The position numbers were made by a program, and so were the translations under genes. From Acidaminobacteraceae bacterium (GTDB lineage Bacteria > Bacillota > Clostridia > Peptostreptococcales > Acidaminobacteraceae), in contig JBGSUZ010000242.1 in the NCBI GenBank assembly GCA_041753235.1, forward strand, positions 1 through 31,915: a DNA stretch of 31,915 bases. Reading direction: 5' to 3'. Of this stretch, positions 18,441 to 27,725 are shown piece by piece (positions within the stretch are counted from its first letter, which is position 1; each line of letters starts with the position of its first letter). Below the pieces are notes generated by a model, which worked only from the letters and a program-made list of their open reading frames with translations, was not told where the DNA came from and did not search any database.

Positions 18441-19790
18441 ATGAATCAAGTATGGATCAATAATGTACTAGACCTCGCTAAACAAGAGGGTTTTAGTGAC
18501 TTCGAAATATATGTGGAAAGTTCAAAACGATTTTCTGCCAGCGTGTTTAACGGGGAACTCGATAAATTCTCGGCATCCGAACCAGCTGGAATTGCAGTTC
18601 GAGGCATTTATAAAGGCAAACTAGGTAACGCCTTTACAGAGAAAATGGATGAAACATCCTTAAAACTCTTAATTGCAGATTGTCGCAGTAATGCTGAAAT
18701 CAGTGAGGTTGAAGAACTCCCTGAACTCTACAGTTCTGGCGCAGTATACGTTACACTTGAGCCAGAGGTTTGCGACTTGGGTCAGCTATCTGCAAAAGAT
18801 AAAATCGAAATGTTAAAAGAAGCGGAGGCTTTAGCCTATAAATTAGACAGTCGTGTAGACCAGCTAGTCAACAAATATGGTGACTTTGCTACGCAAATTG
18901 GGCTATACAATACGAAAGGCTTGGCACTGACTTATTCTTCAAGTATGGGGTACGCCTATTTTGCCCCAATCCTCAAAGAAGGTGACGATGTCAAAAATGA
19001 AATGGTACTTAAACTTTTCAAACAGGTATCAGAGATAAAGACAGAAGATGCAGTCAGAGAAGCGGTAGAAATGACTAAAGCCATGCTGGGGGCAGAAAGC
19101 CTTAAGTCGGGTTCGTATGCAACAGTTATAGGCAATCGGGCTGTTGCGAGTTTACTCATGGTTATGATGTCTATTTTTTCAGCAGAGTATGCAGACAAAG
19201 GCTTGACCCAGCTGAAAGATAAAGTGGGTGAAATGATTGCAAGCCCTATGGTTAGCTTGGTGGAGGACCCTCATTTGGCTGGTGGGTTTGGCAGCGTGCC
19301 ATTTGACAGCGAAGGGGTTCCAACTCAGAAAAAGCGATTAGTAGATCATGGGCAACTGACAGGGTTTTTACACAACCTGAAAACAGCAAAAAAGTTCAAT
19401 GTAGCACCAACTGGCAATGGATTTAAGGCTTCTTATAAGTCGCCGGTGGGAATCAGTGCGACTAATTTCTTTATGGAGGCTGGTCAAGAAACGCTTGAAA
19501 CGATGATGAAGCGTGTCGGTACGGGCGTCCTAATTACTGAGTTTAGTGGCCTAAATGCGGGCATCAACGCAGTGACCGGAGAATTTTCACTTGCCTGTCG
19601 CGGGTTTAAAATTGAAAAGGGGGCTAAAGGCAGTCCAGTCAACCAAATTACAGTTTCGGGCAATTTCTTTGATCTGCTTAAGCAAGTCGAGGGTGTGGCA
19701 AATGACTTCGCTTTTGAAGAGCTCGATAGTGTATCTATTTATGGTGCACCGAGTATTTTTGTTAAAGAGTTGATGGTATCGGGTAAATAG
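18441..19790 (+). CDS. pmbA: PmbA/TldE-family protein (non-catalytic partner of TldD)
   Basis: PFDSEGVPT, GFLHNLKTAKK, PTGNG, GEFSL, QITVSGNF; no HExxxH; 3 nt after tldD. Confidence 0.9.
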   Translation: MNQVWINNVLDLAKQEGFSDFEIYVESSKRFSASVFNGELDKFSASEPAGIAVRGIYKGKLGNAFTEKMDETSLKLLIADCRSNAEISEVEELPELYSSGAVYVTLEPEVCDLGQLSAKDKIEMLKEAEALAYKLDSRVDQLVNKYGDFATQIGLYNTKGLALTYSSSMGYAYFAPILKEGDDVKNEMVLKLFKQVSEIKTEDAVREAVEMTKAMLGAESLKSGSYATVIGNRAVASLLMVMMSIFSAEYADKGLTQLKDKVGEMIASPMVSLVEDPHLAGGFGSVPFDSEGVPTQKKRLVDHGQLTGFLHNLKTAKKFNVAPTGNGFKASYKSPVGISATNFFMEAGQETLETMMKRVGTGVLITEFSGLNAGINAVTGEFSLACRGFKIEKGAKGSPVNQITVSGNFFDLLKQVEGVANDFAFEELDSVSIYGAPSIFVKELMVSGK

Positions 19791-19954
19791 GGTCTGGAGA
19801 TGAGCTATTTGTTTCTCTTGTTCACAAATTATTTACATTAAGGTTTCAATTAATGCTATCTTAAAGTAAGGAAACCCTGTAAAGTGAAGATAATGCCGTA
19901 AAAGCAGAATACAGCCCAAGAATCGGTGGTCTTGGTCATTTGAAAGGAACCATT

Positions 19955-21295
19955 ATGAAAGAGATAGTTAAAAGAACTATAATAAGCCGTCGCCTGATAC
20001 AACCTGGTGACGGCATTGTCATCGGCTTATCTGGCGGTGCGGATTCGACAGCGCTGCTGACTGTGCTGTGTGGACTTAGGGAAGAAATGTCCCTTAGACT
20101 TCATGCGGTTCACGTTAACCACATGTTGCGAGGTGATTTGGCAGACAGGGATGAAGCCTATGCCGAAGCGCTGTGTCATCGTTTTGAAGTACCTTTTACA
20201 AGCTTTAAAACGGATGTTTCTGCGCTGGCAGCCCAATGTGGTAAGTCATTTGAACTGGTTGGACGCGAGGTGCGCTATGGACATTTCGAAACACTGCGTC
20301 TGCGCGAGGGCTTTCAAAAGATTGCCGTTGCCCATCATTTAGACGATCAGGGTGAGACGGTGTTGCTCAGACTTATTCGGGGCAGCGGGCTTGAAGGCTT
20401 ATTAGGCATTCGTCCCTGCCGAGACGGGGTAATTGTCAGGCCGTTATTTGATTGTAGCAGACAGCAAATTGAAGCCTACTGCGCTTCTCAAGGACTTGAG
20501 CCGATGGTGGATCACACCAATGCAGATTCTGCTTATAGTCGAAATTTCATACGCAATGAAATTATACCAAGGATAGACCAACAGTTTGGCGGTTCACTCA
20601 GTAAGCAACTTAGTAAAACAGCAGAACTGCTTTCAGAAGATGCAGATTTTATTCAGCTTGAGTTAAACCAACTGTGGCAAACAGTCGTACACGAAGCCGA
20701 AAAAACGCTGCACATCGATTTGGAGACTTTAAAAGCACTTCACCCTGCGATGAGCAGACGCTTAGTCAGACGTATGTACCAAACACTAGCAGGTGATTTG
20801 GTTGATCTTGAGCAGGTTCATGTGGCTCAGATTTTAGCACTTTCAGATGAGAGAGGTTGCAAACAGTTTGCTTTTAAAGGCATTGCTTTTGTTGCAGAAC
20901 ACGGGAAATTAAGCGTGCGGAAGGTGTTGGATGCACCAGAAAATGAACCAAAGTTGACGGTTGAACCAGTTGTGTTAGAAAAAATGATGCTTGAACCCGG
21001 CAATCGGCATCGTATTTATGTGGACCAAGCTTCGTTAAAGGGAGCGCTTCATTGGCGTCACAGAAGACCAGGGGACAGCTTTGTTCCACTGGGGATGCAA
21101 GGTCGGAAGAAACTCAAAGATTTTCTGATAGACGAAAAGGTACCCTTGGCAGAAAGAGACAAGCTTTGGCTATTATGCGATGATGAAAAAATCGTATGGG
21201 TCTGTGGGTATCGGCAAAATGCTGAAACGCGGGTGACAAAAAATACCGGACAAATTCTAAGGCTGTGCTTGTCTGATGTTGTTACAACAGTATAA
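19955..21295 (+). CDS. tilS: tRNA(Ile)-lysidine synthase
   Basis: PP-loop LSGGADS, HVNHMLRG, AHHLDDQGET, RNFIRNEIIP and C-terminal KKLKDFLIDEKVP. ATG 19955 follows AAAGGA. Confidence 0.95.
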   Translation: MKEIVKRTIISRRLIQPGDGIVIGLSGGADSTALLTVLCGLREEMSLRLHAVHVNHMLRGDLADRDEAYAEALCHRFEVPFTSFKTDVSALAAQCGKSFELVGREVRYGHFETLRLREGFQKIAVAHHLDDQGETVLLRLIRGSGLEGLLGIRPCRDGVIVRPLFDCSRQQIEAYCASQGLEPMVDHTNADSAYSRNFIRNEIIPRIDQQFGGSLSKQLSKTAELLSEDADFIQLELNQLWQTVVHEAEKTLHIDLETLKALHPAMSRRLVRRMYQTLAGDLVDLEQVHVAQILALSDERGCKQFAFKGIAFVAEHGKLSVRKVLDAPENEPKLTVEPVVLEKMMLEPGNRHRIYVDQASLKGALHWRHRRPGDSFVPLGMQGRKKLKDFLIDEKVPLAERDKLWLLCDDEKIVWVCGYRQNAETRVTKNTGQILRLCLSDVVTTV

Positions 21296-21307
21296 ATGTG
21301 ATAAAAT
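21279..21307 (+). promoter_or_regulatory. Candidate sigma-A promoter with extended -10 for ftsH, overlapping the tilS 3' end
   Basis: TTGTTA (21279-21284), 17 nt, TAAAAT (21302-21307), with TG at 21299-21300. Confidence 0.6.
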
Positions 21308-21340
21308 AAATAGACTCAACTGTTCACAAGGAGGAGTTTT

Positions 21341-23341
21341 ATGAGGAAGATGTTTAAAAACGCAGCCTTCTATATATTACTGTTCTTGCTGATTGTTGTG
21401 CTCTTTAAGCAATTAATCAATCCGAATCAAACTCAGGAGATTAAGAATTACAACCTTACAGAGCTCATAACAATGATCAAGGACGATCAGGTTGCAAAGA
21501 TCAAGATAGTAGAATACAGCAAGGTGGAAGGTGAGCTTAAGGACAAAACGTCGTTTAGATCTTATATTCCAGAAGTTTTAGCTGTGCCAATGGGCAATTA
21601 TTTGTTTGACCTAGTGGAATCGAAGCAGGACATTCAGATTACAGGTGTTGAACCTGCAAAGGATCCGTTCTTCCTCGACTTTTTACCAATCATTTTCAGT
21701 GTGCTGATGATAGGACTGCTCTGGTTTATGCTGATGCAGAACTCTCAGGGTGGCGGCTCAAAGGTTATGTCCTTTGGCAAAAGCAAAGCGCGTCTGATTA
21801 AAGAGGATGACGGCAAAAAGATTACTTTTGCTGAAGTCGCAGGTTTAAAAGAAGAAAAAGAAGAACTTTGGGAGGTTGTTGACTTCCTTAAAAATCCTAA
21901 GAAGTATGTCGAAATGGGTGCTAGAATTCCTAAAGGCATGCTCATGGTGGGCCCTCCGGGTACTGGTAAGACTTACCTTTCAAGAGCTATCGCCGGTGAA
22001 GCGGGTGTACCATTCTTCGCCATCAGCGGTTCGGACTTCGTTGAAATGTTCGTCGGGGTCGGTGCTTCAAGGGTTAGAGATTTGTTTGAAAACGCAAAGA
22101 AAAATTCACCATGTATCATCTTTATAGATGAGATTGATGCAGTTGGCCGAAAAAGAGGCGCTGGTCTTGGCGGCGGTCACGATGAAAGAGAACAAACCTT
22201 AAACCAACTCTTAGTAGAGATGGATGGCTTTACAGAAAATGAGGGCATCATCGTCATCGCGGCGACAAACCGCCCTGATATTTTGGATCCTGCGCTTCTT
22301 AGACCAGGCCGTTTCGACCGTGAAATCACCGTTGGAAGACCGGACATCAAAGAGCGTGAAGAAATCATCAAAGTTCATGCGAAGAACAAACCAATGGCGG
22401 ATGATGTTAACTTCGGTTCTCTTGCAAAAGGAACACCGGGCTTTACACCAGCAGACATTGAAAACCTGCTCAACGAAGCAGCTATTGTTTCAGCTAGAAA
22501 AGACCAAAAGAAAATTACGATGGAAGCGCTTGAAGACGCGCTTAACAAAGTAATTATGGGTGTTGAGAAAAAATCTAAGGTCATCAGCGAGAAAGAAAAA
22601 CGCTTGACGGCTTACCATGAAGCAGGCCACGCAGTATTGGCAACGTTAATGCCAGAAGCTGATCCTGTACAACAGGTAACGATTATTCCTAGAGGCAGAG
22701 GTGCAGGTGGTTTCACTATGTACCGTCCGCAGGAAGACTTACACTACGAAACAAAAGCATCGCTTGAAACCCACTTGGTAACGTTATTAGGCGGCCGTGT
22801 GGCAGAAAAGCTTATTTTAGGAGATATTAGCACAGGCGCTTCTAATGACTTAAGCCGTGTCGCAGAAATCTCTAGATCCATGATTGTGAAATATGCAATG
22901 AGTGATAACTTGGGCTCAATGTCATATTCATCAGAAGAGGAAGTATTCCTCGGCAAGGATATGACGACTCGCAGAAACTACTCGGAGCAAGTTGCGGCAG
23001 AAATAGACCGTGAAGTTCGTCACTTAGTCGATTCGGCTTACGATCAGGCAGAAGTTTTGTTAACAGCGCATCAAGATAAGCTACACGTTGTTGCAAAAGC
23101 ATTGCTTGAATATGAAACGATTGATGCAGACGAGTATCAAGTGGTATACGACAGTGGTTTTGAAGAGCTTCAAAAGTATATGGTAGCTAAAGAAGCTTCT
23201 GGTATAACACATGGCTACTTTGCAACTTATACGAAGTCTTTGGGCAAAGAGGAAGTTGTTTTAGCAGAAACGTCTGCTGAAGAAATGGCAGAAATGGCAG
23301 CTGAATCCTCTGAGGAAAAATCTAACGGTCCACTACAATAA
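21341..23341 (+). CDS. ftsH: ATP-dependent zinc metalloprotease FtsH
   Basis: Two N-terminal TMs, [48 protein letters not shown]. Confidence 0.98.
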   Translation: MRKMFKNAAFYILLFLLIVVLFKQLINPNQTQEIKNYNLTELITMIKDDQVAKIKIVEYSKVEGELKDKTSFRSYIPEVLAVPMGNYLFDLVESKQDIQITGVEPAKDPFFLDFLPIIFSVLMIGLLWFMLMQNSQGGGSKVMSFGKSKARLIKEDDGKKITFAEVAGLKEEKEELWEVVDFLKNPKKYVEMGARIPKGMLMVGPPGTGKTYLSRAIAGEAGVPFFAISGSDFVEMFVGVGASRVRDLFENAKKNSPCIIFIDEIDAVGRKRGAGLGGGHDEREQTLNQLLVEMDGFTENEGIIVIAATNRPDILDPALLRPGRFDREITVGRPDIKEREEIIKVHAKNKPMADDVNFGSLAKGTPGFTPADIENLLNEAAIVSARKDQKKITMEALEDALNKVIMGVEKKSKVISEKEKRLTAYHEAGHAVLATLMPEADPVQQVTIIPRGRGAGGFTMYRPQEDLHYETKASLETHLVTLLGGRVAEKLILGDISTGASNDLSRVAEISRSMIVKYAMSDNLGSMSYSSEEEVFLGKDMTTRRNYSEQVAAEIDREVRHLVDSAYDQAEVLLTAHQDKLHVVAKALLEYETIDADEYQVVYDSGFEELQKYMVAKEASGITHGYFATYTKSLGKEEVVLAETSAEEMAEMAAESSEEKSNGPLQ

Positions 23342-23352
23342 AAAAACAATTA

Positions 23353-23389
23353 AAAAAAGTACCTTTCGCTATATGAAAGGTGCTTTTTT
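23353..23389 (+). terminator. Intrinsic terminator after ftsH
   Basis: AAAAAAGTACCTTTC / GAAAGGTGCTTTTTT stem (one G.U), 7-nt loop. Confidence 0.88.
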
Positions 23390-23471
23390 ATTTGTTAAAA
23401 TAGAAGCAGATAAAAGACCTAAAGTCTATGGCAATAGTCATAGGCGGCGTACAGACAAAGGAGAGCATGTC

Positions 23472-23861
23472 ATGAATTTAGAAGTAGGCTTAAAGCACAC
23501 AGTGGAACTTGTAGTAGCAGAAAAAGACACAGCAGCGGCATTTGGCAGTGGCAATGTAATGGTTTTAGCGACGCCAATGATGGTAACCATGATGGAAAAT
23601 GCGGCACTTAAGGCGGTTCAACCCGCACTTGAAGAAGGTATGACGACCGTGGGTACGCATCTAGATGTGTCTCATAAAGCAGCAACGCCACTAGGTATGA
23701 AGGCGACAGCTGAGGCAGAGCTCATTGAAATCAAAGGAAAGAAGCTTATTTTTAAAGTAATTGCTAAAGACGAAAAAGATATTATTGGAGAAGGTACACA
23801 TACGCGCTATATTGTCGAAACTGAGAAGTTTTTAGCGGCAACGCGCGAAAAAGCACTTTAG
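23472..23861 (+). CDS. Hotdog-fold thioesterase, fluoroacetyl-CoA thioesterase (FlK)-like family
   Basis: FGSGNVMVLATPMMVTMMENAA and VGTHLDVSHKAATPLG carry Thr, Glu and His at the FlK catalytic positions. AAGGAG is 8 nt before ATG 23472; the ORF-track start 23373 lies inside the ftsH terminator. Confidence 0.85.
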   Translation: MNLEVGLKHTVELVVAEKDTAAAFGSGNVMVLATPMMVTMMENAALKAVQPALEEGMTTVGTHLDVSHKAATPLGMKATAEAELIEIKGKKLIFKVIAKDEKDIIGEGTHTRYIVETEKFLAATREKAL

Positions 23862-23942
23862 TTTCATTAAGGTTGCAAGCGTTAAAAAAAAGTCAGCAAT
23901 AATGGTGTCAAAGAGTTAAAAAAATATCAACTGGAGGTGCCT

Positions 23943-24785
23943 ATGAGAACGATCGATGTAGCATTAGTCACTCAGGAAGTTCGTCGGCTTTGTATGGAAG
24001 CCAATATGTTTTTGGCAGAGGATGTCACCAAAGCCATGACTGCATTTGAAGCAAAAGAGGCGTCGCCTATTGGTAGACAAATTCTTAGAGATTTACTCGA
24101 AAATGTCCAGCTCGCAGCTGATAAAGAAGTGCCTATTTGTCAAGATACGGGCATGGCAGTATTCTTTGTCGAATGCGGTCAAGACGTTCAACTGACCGGG
24201 GGCTATATTGAAGATGCCATCCACGAAGGGGTTCGTCAAGGCTACAAAGACGGCTTTTTAAGAAAGTCCGTTGTTGCAGACCCGCTTAGACGTGTGAACA
24301 CTAAGGACAACACACCAGCCATTATCCACTATCAGGTTGTACCGGGTGACCAATTTAAAATTACTTTTGCGCCTAAGGGCTTCGGCAGTGAAAATATGTC
24401 TAGAAGCAAAATGCTCACACCATCTGCGGGACGAGCGGGCGTTGTAGACTTTGTACTTGAAACGGTTTCGCTGGCAGGACCAAACCCATGTCCGCCTATT
24501 GTAGTCGGTGTAGGTATAGGTGGGACACTGGACAAAGCTGCGGTTATTGCCAAAAAAGCACTGACCAGAGCAGTCGGCAGCCACCATGAAGACCCTTACT
24601 ACGCAGAACTTGAACAAGAACTGCTTGAAAAAGTAAATCAACTTGGTATAGGACCTCAAGGACTTGGCGGAACAACAACAGCACTGTCAGTTCAAATCGA
24701 AACATTCCCAACGCATATTGCTGGCCTGCCAGTCGTCGTGAACATCAACTGCCATGCGGCAAGACATCAAAGTGTTTGTTTATAG
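23943..24785 (+). CDS. Fe-S hydro-lyase alpha subunit (two-subunit class I fumarate hydratase / tartrate dehydratase family)
   Basis: PICQDTG, KGFGSEN, GPNPCPP..VGVGIGG, GPQGLGG, NINCHAARH (three cluster Cys). GGAGG precedes ATG 23943. Confidence 0.92.
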   Translation: MRTIDVALVTQEVRRLCMEANMFLAEDVTKAMTAFEAKEASPIGRQILRDLLENVQLAADKEVPICQDTGMAVFFVECGQDVQLTGGYIEDAIHEGVRQGYKDGFLRKSVVADPLRRVNTKDNTPAIIHYQVVPGDQFKITFAPKGFGSENMSRSKMLTPSAGRAGVVDFVLETVSLAGPNPCPPIVVGVGIGGTLDKAAVIAKKALTRAVGSHHEDPYYAELEQELLEKVNQLGIGPQGLGGTTTALSVQIETFPTHIAGLPVVVNINCHAARHQSVCL

Positions 24786-24796
24786 GAGGGTAAGAG

Positions 24797-25348
24797 ATGG
24801 AAAAGTTAAGCATTCAAACCCCACTAACGATAGAAACGGTCAAAACACTTAAGGCTGGAGATCAAGTGCTGATTAGCGGCACAATTTATACTGGTCGTGA
24901 TGCAGCACATATGCGCTTGAATGAAGCCCTTTCAAAAGGCGAGAAACTTCCGTTTGAACTCGAAAATCAAATAATCTACTATGTTGGGCCAGCGCCTGCA
25001 AAACCGGGTGAGGTCATCGGTTCAGCGGGGCCAACGACGAGCTACCGCATGGACGGCCTCACAGTGCCTTTGTTAGCAAAGGGTTTAAGGGGCATGATAG
25101 GAAAAGGCAGTCGCTCTCCAGAAGTGGTTGAGGGCATGAAAACTTATGGCGCTGTTTATTTTGCAGCTATTGGCGGTGCAGGTGCACTCATTGCTAATTC
25201 GGTGAAGGCGTGTAAGGTAATTGCCTATGAGGATTTGGGTGCTGAAGCGATTCACGAACTTCAAGTTGTAGATTTTCCAGCTATTGTCGTAATTGACATG
25301 GCAGGCAATGACCTTTATCAAAGTGAAAGAGCAAAATACGCTAAGTAA
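24797..25348 (+). CDS. Fe-S hydro-lyase beta subunit (class I fumarate hydratase family)
   Basis: IYTGRDAAH, YYVGP, GPTTSYRM, GMIGKG, LGAEAI; 11 nt after the alpha subunit. Confidence 0.92.
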   Translation: MEKLSIQTPLTIETVKTLKAGDQVLISGTIYTGRDAAHMRLNEALSKGEKLPFELENQIIYYVGPAPAKPGEVIGSAGPTTSYRMDGLTVPLLAKGLRGMIGKGSRSPEVVEGMKTYGAVYFAAIGGAGALIANSVKACKVIAYEDLGAEAIHELQVVDFPAIVVIDMAGNDLYQSERAKYAK

Positions 25349-25359
25349 AACTAAGGATA

Positions 25360-25377
25360 TTGTTAATAAGTTGTCAA
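25360..25377 (+). promoter_or_regulatory. Rex-like operator candidate upstream of the mutase operon
   Basis: TTGTTAA-TAAG-TTGTCAA against the clostridial Rex consensus TTGTTAA-N4-TTAACAA: 12 of 14 specified positions match. Confidence 0.35.
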
Positions 25378-25404
25378 AAAAATGAAAGTTATTATGCAAA
25401 ATGA

Positions 25405-25449
25405 CGCACATGATTGTATGCAACCATACCATCATGTGCGTATTTATTT
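25405..25449 (+). terminator. Long hairpin, probable terminator of the thioesterase-fumarase unit
   Basis: CGCACATGAT-T-GTATG / CATAC-C-ATCATGTGCG (15 bp, one mismatch, loop CAAC) followed by TATTTATTT. Confidence 0.6.
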
Positions 25450-25614
25450 ATAGGTTCAAAGTGTTGGGAAAACTTTATTAGCTAGATTTTTTGATTTGCT
25501 TAATAAAAAATACTAACATCGCAAAATTTCTGTAATTTGCACTTCAAATTGCATTTTATTATTGGTATGCTAGTAATGTGCCATAGTATGATTTTTGAAG
25601 GAGGAAAAAATTTG

Positions 25615-27291
25615 ATGTATCAGAAGGAAAAGCTGGACCAGATAAAAGAGAACGTCGAGCGTTTCGAAGAAAAAGCCGTTGCTTCTTTGGCTAAAAACCC
25701 TGAAAGACAAGCAGAATTCCGCACCACATCTGGTGAAGTCATCAATCGTCTTTACACGCCGGCTGACATTGCCGACATTGACTATGAAGAGGAAATAGGC
25801 TATCCAGGTCAATACCCTTACACCCGTGGTGTTCAAAGCACCATGTATAGAGGTAAGTATTGGACCATGCGTATGTATGCGGGCTTTGCAACTGCAGAAG
25901 AGTCCAACAAGCGTTATAAATACCTCGTTGAACAAGGTTCGGGCGGTCTTTCGGTTGCCTTTGACCTTCCGACACAAATTGGCTATGACAGTGACCACGC
26001 GCTTTCTGAGGGTGAGGTTGGTAAAGTAGGCGTAGCAATCGACTCGCTTGCGGACATGGAAATCCTGTTCGACGGTATTCCCCTCGATAAGGTGTCTACT
26101 TCAATGACCATCAACGCCCCCGCTTCCGTACTCCTCGCGATGTACATCGCAGTAGCAGAGAAGCAAGGTGTTAGCTCAGATCAGCTTAGAGGTACTATCC
26201 AAAATGACATATTAAAAGAGTACATCGCTCGTGGCACATACATTTTCCCAACGGAGCCATCGATGAGACTCATTACAGATATTTTCGAATACTGCTCTAA
26301 AAGCGTACCACAGTGGAACACGATTTCCATTTCTGGCTACCACATTAGAGAAGCAGGTTCTACAGCAGCTCAGGAAGTCGGCTTTACACTCGCAGACGGT
26401 ATTGCTTATGTTGAAGCGGCTATCAAAGCAGGACTTGACGTAGACAGCTTTGCACCAAGACTTTCGTTCTTCTTCAATGCGCATAACGACTTACTTGAAG
26501 AAGTAGCGAAATACAGAGCGGCTAGAAAACTTTGGGCGAAAATCATGAAGGATCGTTTCGGTGCAAAAAATCCTAAATCGATGGCACTCAAATTCCATAC
26601 ACAAACAGGTGGCTCTACATTAACAGCGCAGCAACCTGAGAACAATATCGTCCGCGTTGCGATTCAAACTTTAGCGGCAGTTCTCGGCGGTACGCAATCG
26701 CTTCACACGAATTCTAAGGACGAGGCGCTTGCCCTTCCAACGGAAGACTCAGTACGTGTTGCGCTCAGAACACAACAAATCGTTGCGCATGAAAGCGGCA
26801 TTACCAATACAGTAGACCCACTTGCTGGTTCATACTACATCGAGGCACTTACTTCACAAATTGAAGAACAGGCGATGGGTTACATCAATAAAATTGATGA
26901 ACTCGGCGGTGCAACTCGTGCAATTGACCTCGGCTACATCCAAAAAGAGATTTCAGATGCTTCTTACAGCTACCAAAAAGACGTCGAAACAGGCAAACAA
27001 GTCGTTGTCGGCATGAATAAATACCAAATTGAAGAAGAAGCACCTAAAGGCCTGCTTCGTGTAGACCCAAGTGTTGGTGAAAGTCAAAAACAAAAGCTCG
27101 TAGAGCTCAAAGCGAAACGTGACGGAGAAGCGGTTGAAAAAGCACTTGTCAGCCTCAAGACAGCTTGTGAAGGGACTGACAATGTGATGCCGTTAATTCT
27201 GGACGCTGTTAAAACTTATGCAACGCTTGGTGAAATTTGCGGCGTCATGAGAGAAGTCTTTGGCGAATACCAGCAGTCAGTTAACTTATAG
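25615..27291 (+). CDS. Methylmalonyl-CoA mutase, large substrate-binding subunit (split type)
   Basis: [78 protein letters not shown]; no DxHxxG. AGGAGG precedes TTG 25612 / ATG 25615. Confidence 0.93.
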   Translation: MYQKEKLDQIKENVERFEEKAVASLAKNPERQAEFRTTSGEVINRLYTPADIADIDYEEEIGYPGQYPYTRGVQSTMYRGKYWTMRMYAGFATAEESNKRYKYLVEQGSGGLSVAFDLPTQIGYDSDHALSEGEVGKVGVAIDSLADMEILFDGIPLDKVSTSMTINAPASVLLAMYIAVAEKQGVSSDQLRGTIQNDILKEYIARGTYIFPTEPSMRLITDIFEYCSKSVPQWNTISISGYHIREAGSTAAQEVGFTLADGIAYVEAAIKAGLDVDSFAPRLSFFFNAHNDLLEEVAKYRAARKLWAKIMKDRFGAKNPKSMALKFHTQTGGSTLTAQQPENNIVRVAIQTLAAVLGGTQSLHTNSKDEALALPTEDSVRVALRTQQIVAHESGITNTVDPLAGSYYIEALTSQIEEQAMGYINKIDELGGATRAIDLGYIQKEISDASYSYQKDVETGKQVVVGMNKYQIEEEAPKGLLRVDPSVGESQKQKLVELKAKRDGEAVEKALVSLKTACEGTDNVMPLILDAVKTYATLGEICGVMREVFGEYQQSVNL

Positions 27292-27314
27292 GAATCTCAA
27301 GGAGGATCGTTCAA

Positions 27315-27713
27315 ATGGAAAGACCAATCAGAGTTTTAGTTGCCAAGCCGGGCCTAGATGGTCACGACAGAGGTGCGAAGGTCATTGCCAGAGCCCTCAG
27401 AGATGCAGGTATGGAAGTTATCTACACTGGCCTCAGACAAACGCCGGAACAAATCGTTAGTGCTGCGCTTCAAGAAGATGTAGACTGCGTTGCAGTTAGT
27501 ATTCTCTCAGGTGCACACAACACGTTAATTCCAAAAATTGCAGAAATGCTCAAACAAGAAAAAGCAGAGGACATACTCCTTGTAGCGGGTGGCGTTATTC
27601 CTAATGACGACATTCCATATCTCAAAGAACGTGGTGTAGCAGAAGTCTTCACACCAGGTACACCGACAGATGTAACCATTGAGTTTATCAAAGCTAATAT
27701 TAGAAAAGCGTAA
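27315..27713 (+). CDS. Methylmalonyl-CoA mutase, small cobalamin-binding subunit
   Basis: [13 protein letters not shown] (DxHxxG), SILSGAH, GGVIP, FTPGT. Confidence 0.93.
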   Translation: MERPIRVLVAKPGLDGHDRGAKVIARALRDAGMEVIYTGLRQTPEQIVSAALQEDVDCVAVSILSGAHNTLIPKIAEMLKQEKAEDILLVAGGVIPNDDIPYLKERGVAEVFTPGTPTDVTIEFIKANIRKA

Positions 27714-27725
27714 GCGGTGATTGTA

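Noticed and set aside
19809-19838. Rex-like half sites (TTCACAA) upstream of tilS
   Set aside because: No matching half site at the required 4-nt spacing.
15949-19954. GNAT-tldD-pmbA as a genomic island integrated at tRNA-Met
   Set aside because: No integrase, no duplicate of the tRNA 3' end near 19790-19955, and no obvious composition shift.
23200-23341. Acidic C-terminal tail of FtsH as a novel domain
   Set aside because: Variable low-complexity acidic tails are common in FtsH.
25537-25553. Sigma-54 promoter (TTGCAC...TTGCA)
   Set aside because: It lacks the invariant GG at -24 and the spacing is off by one.
25349-25614. Cobalamin riboswitch upstream of the mutase
   Set aside because: Only an isolated GGGAA is present; the B12-box and CCCGC/ACTGT core cannot be found.
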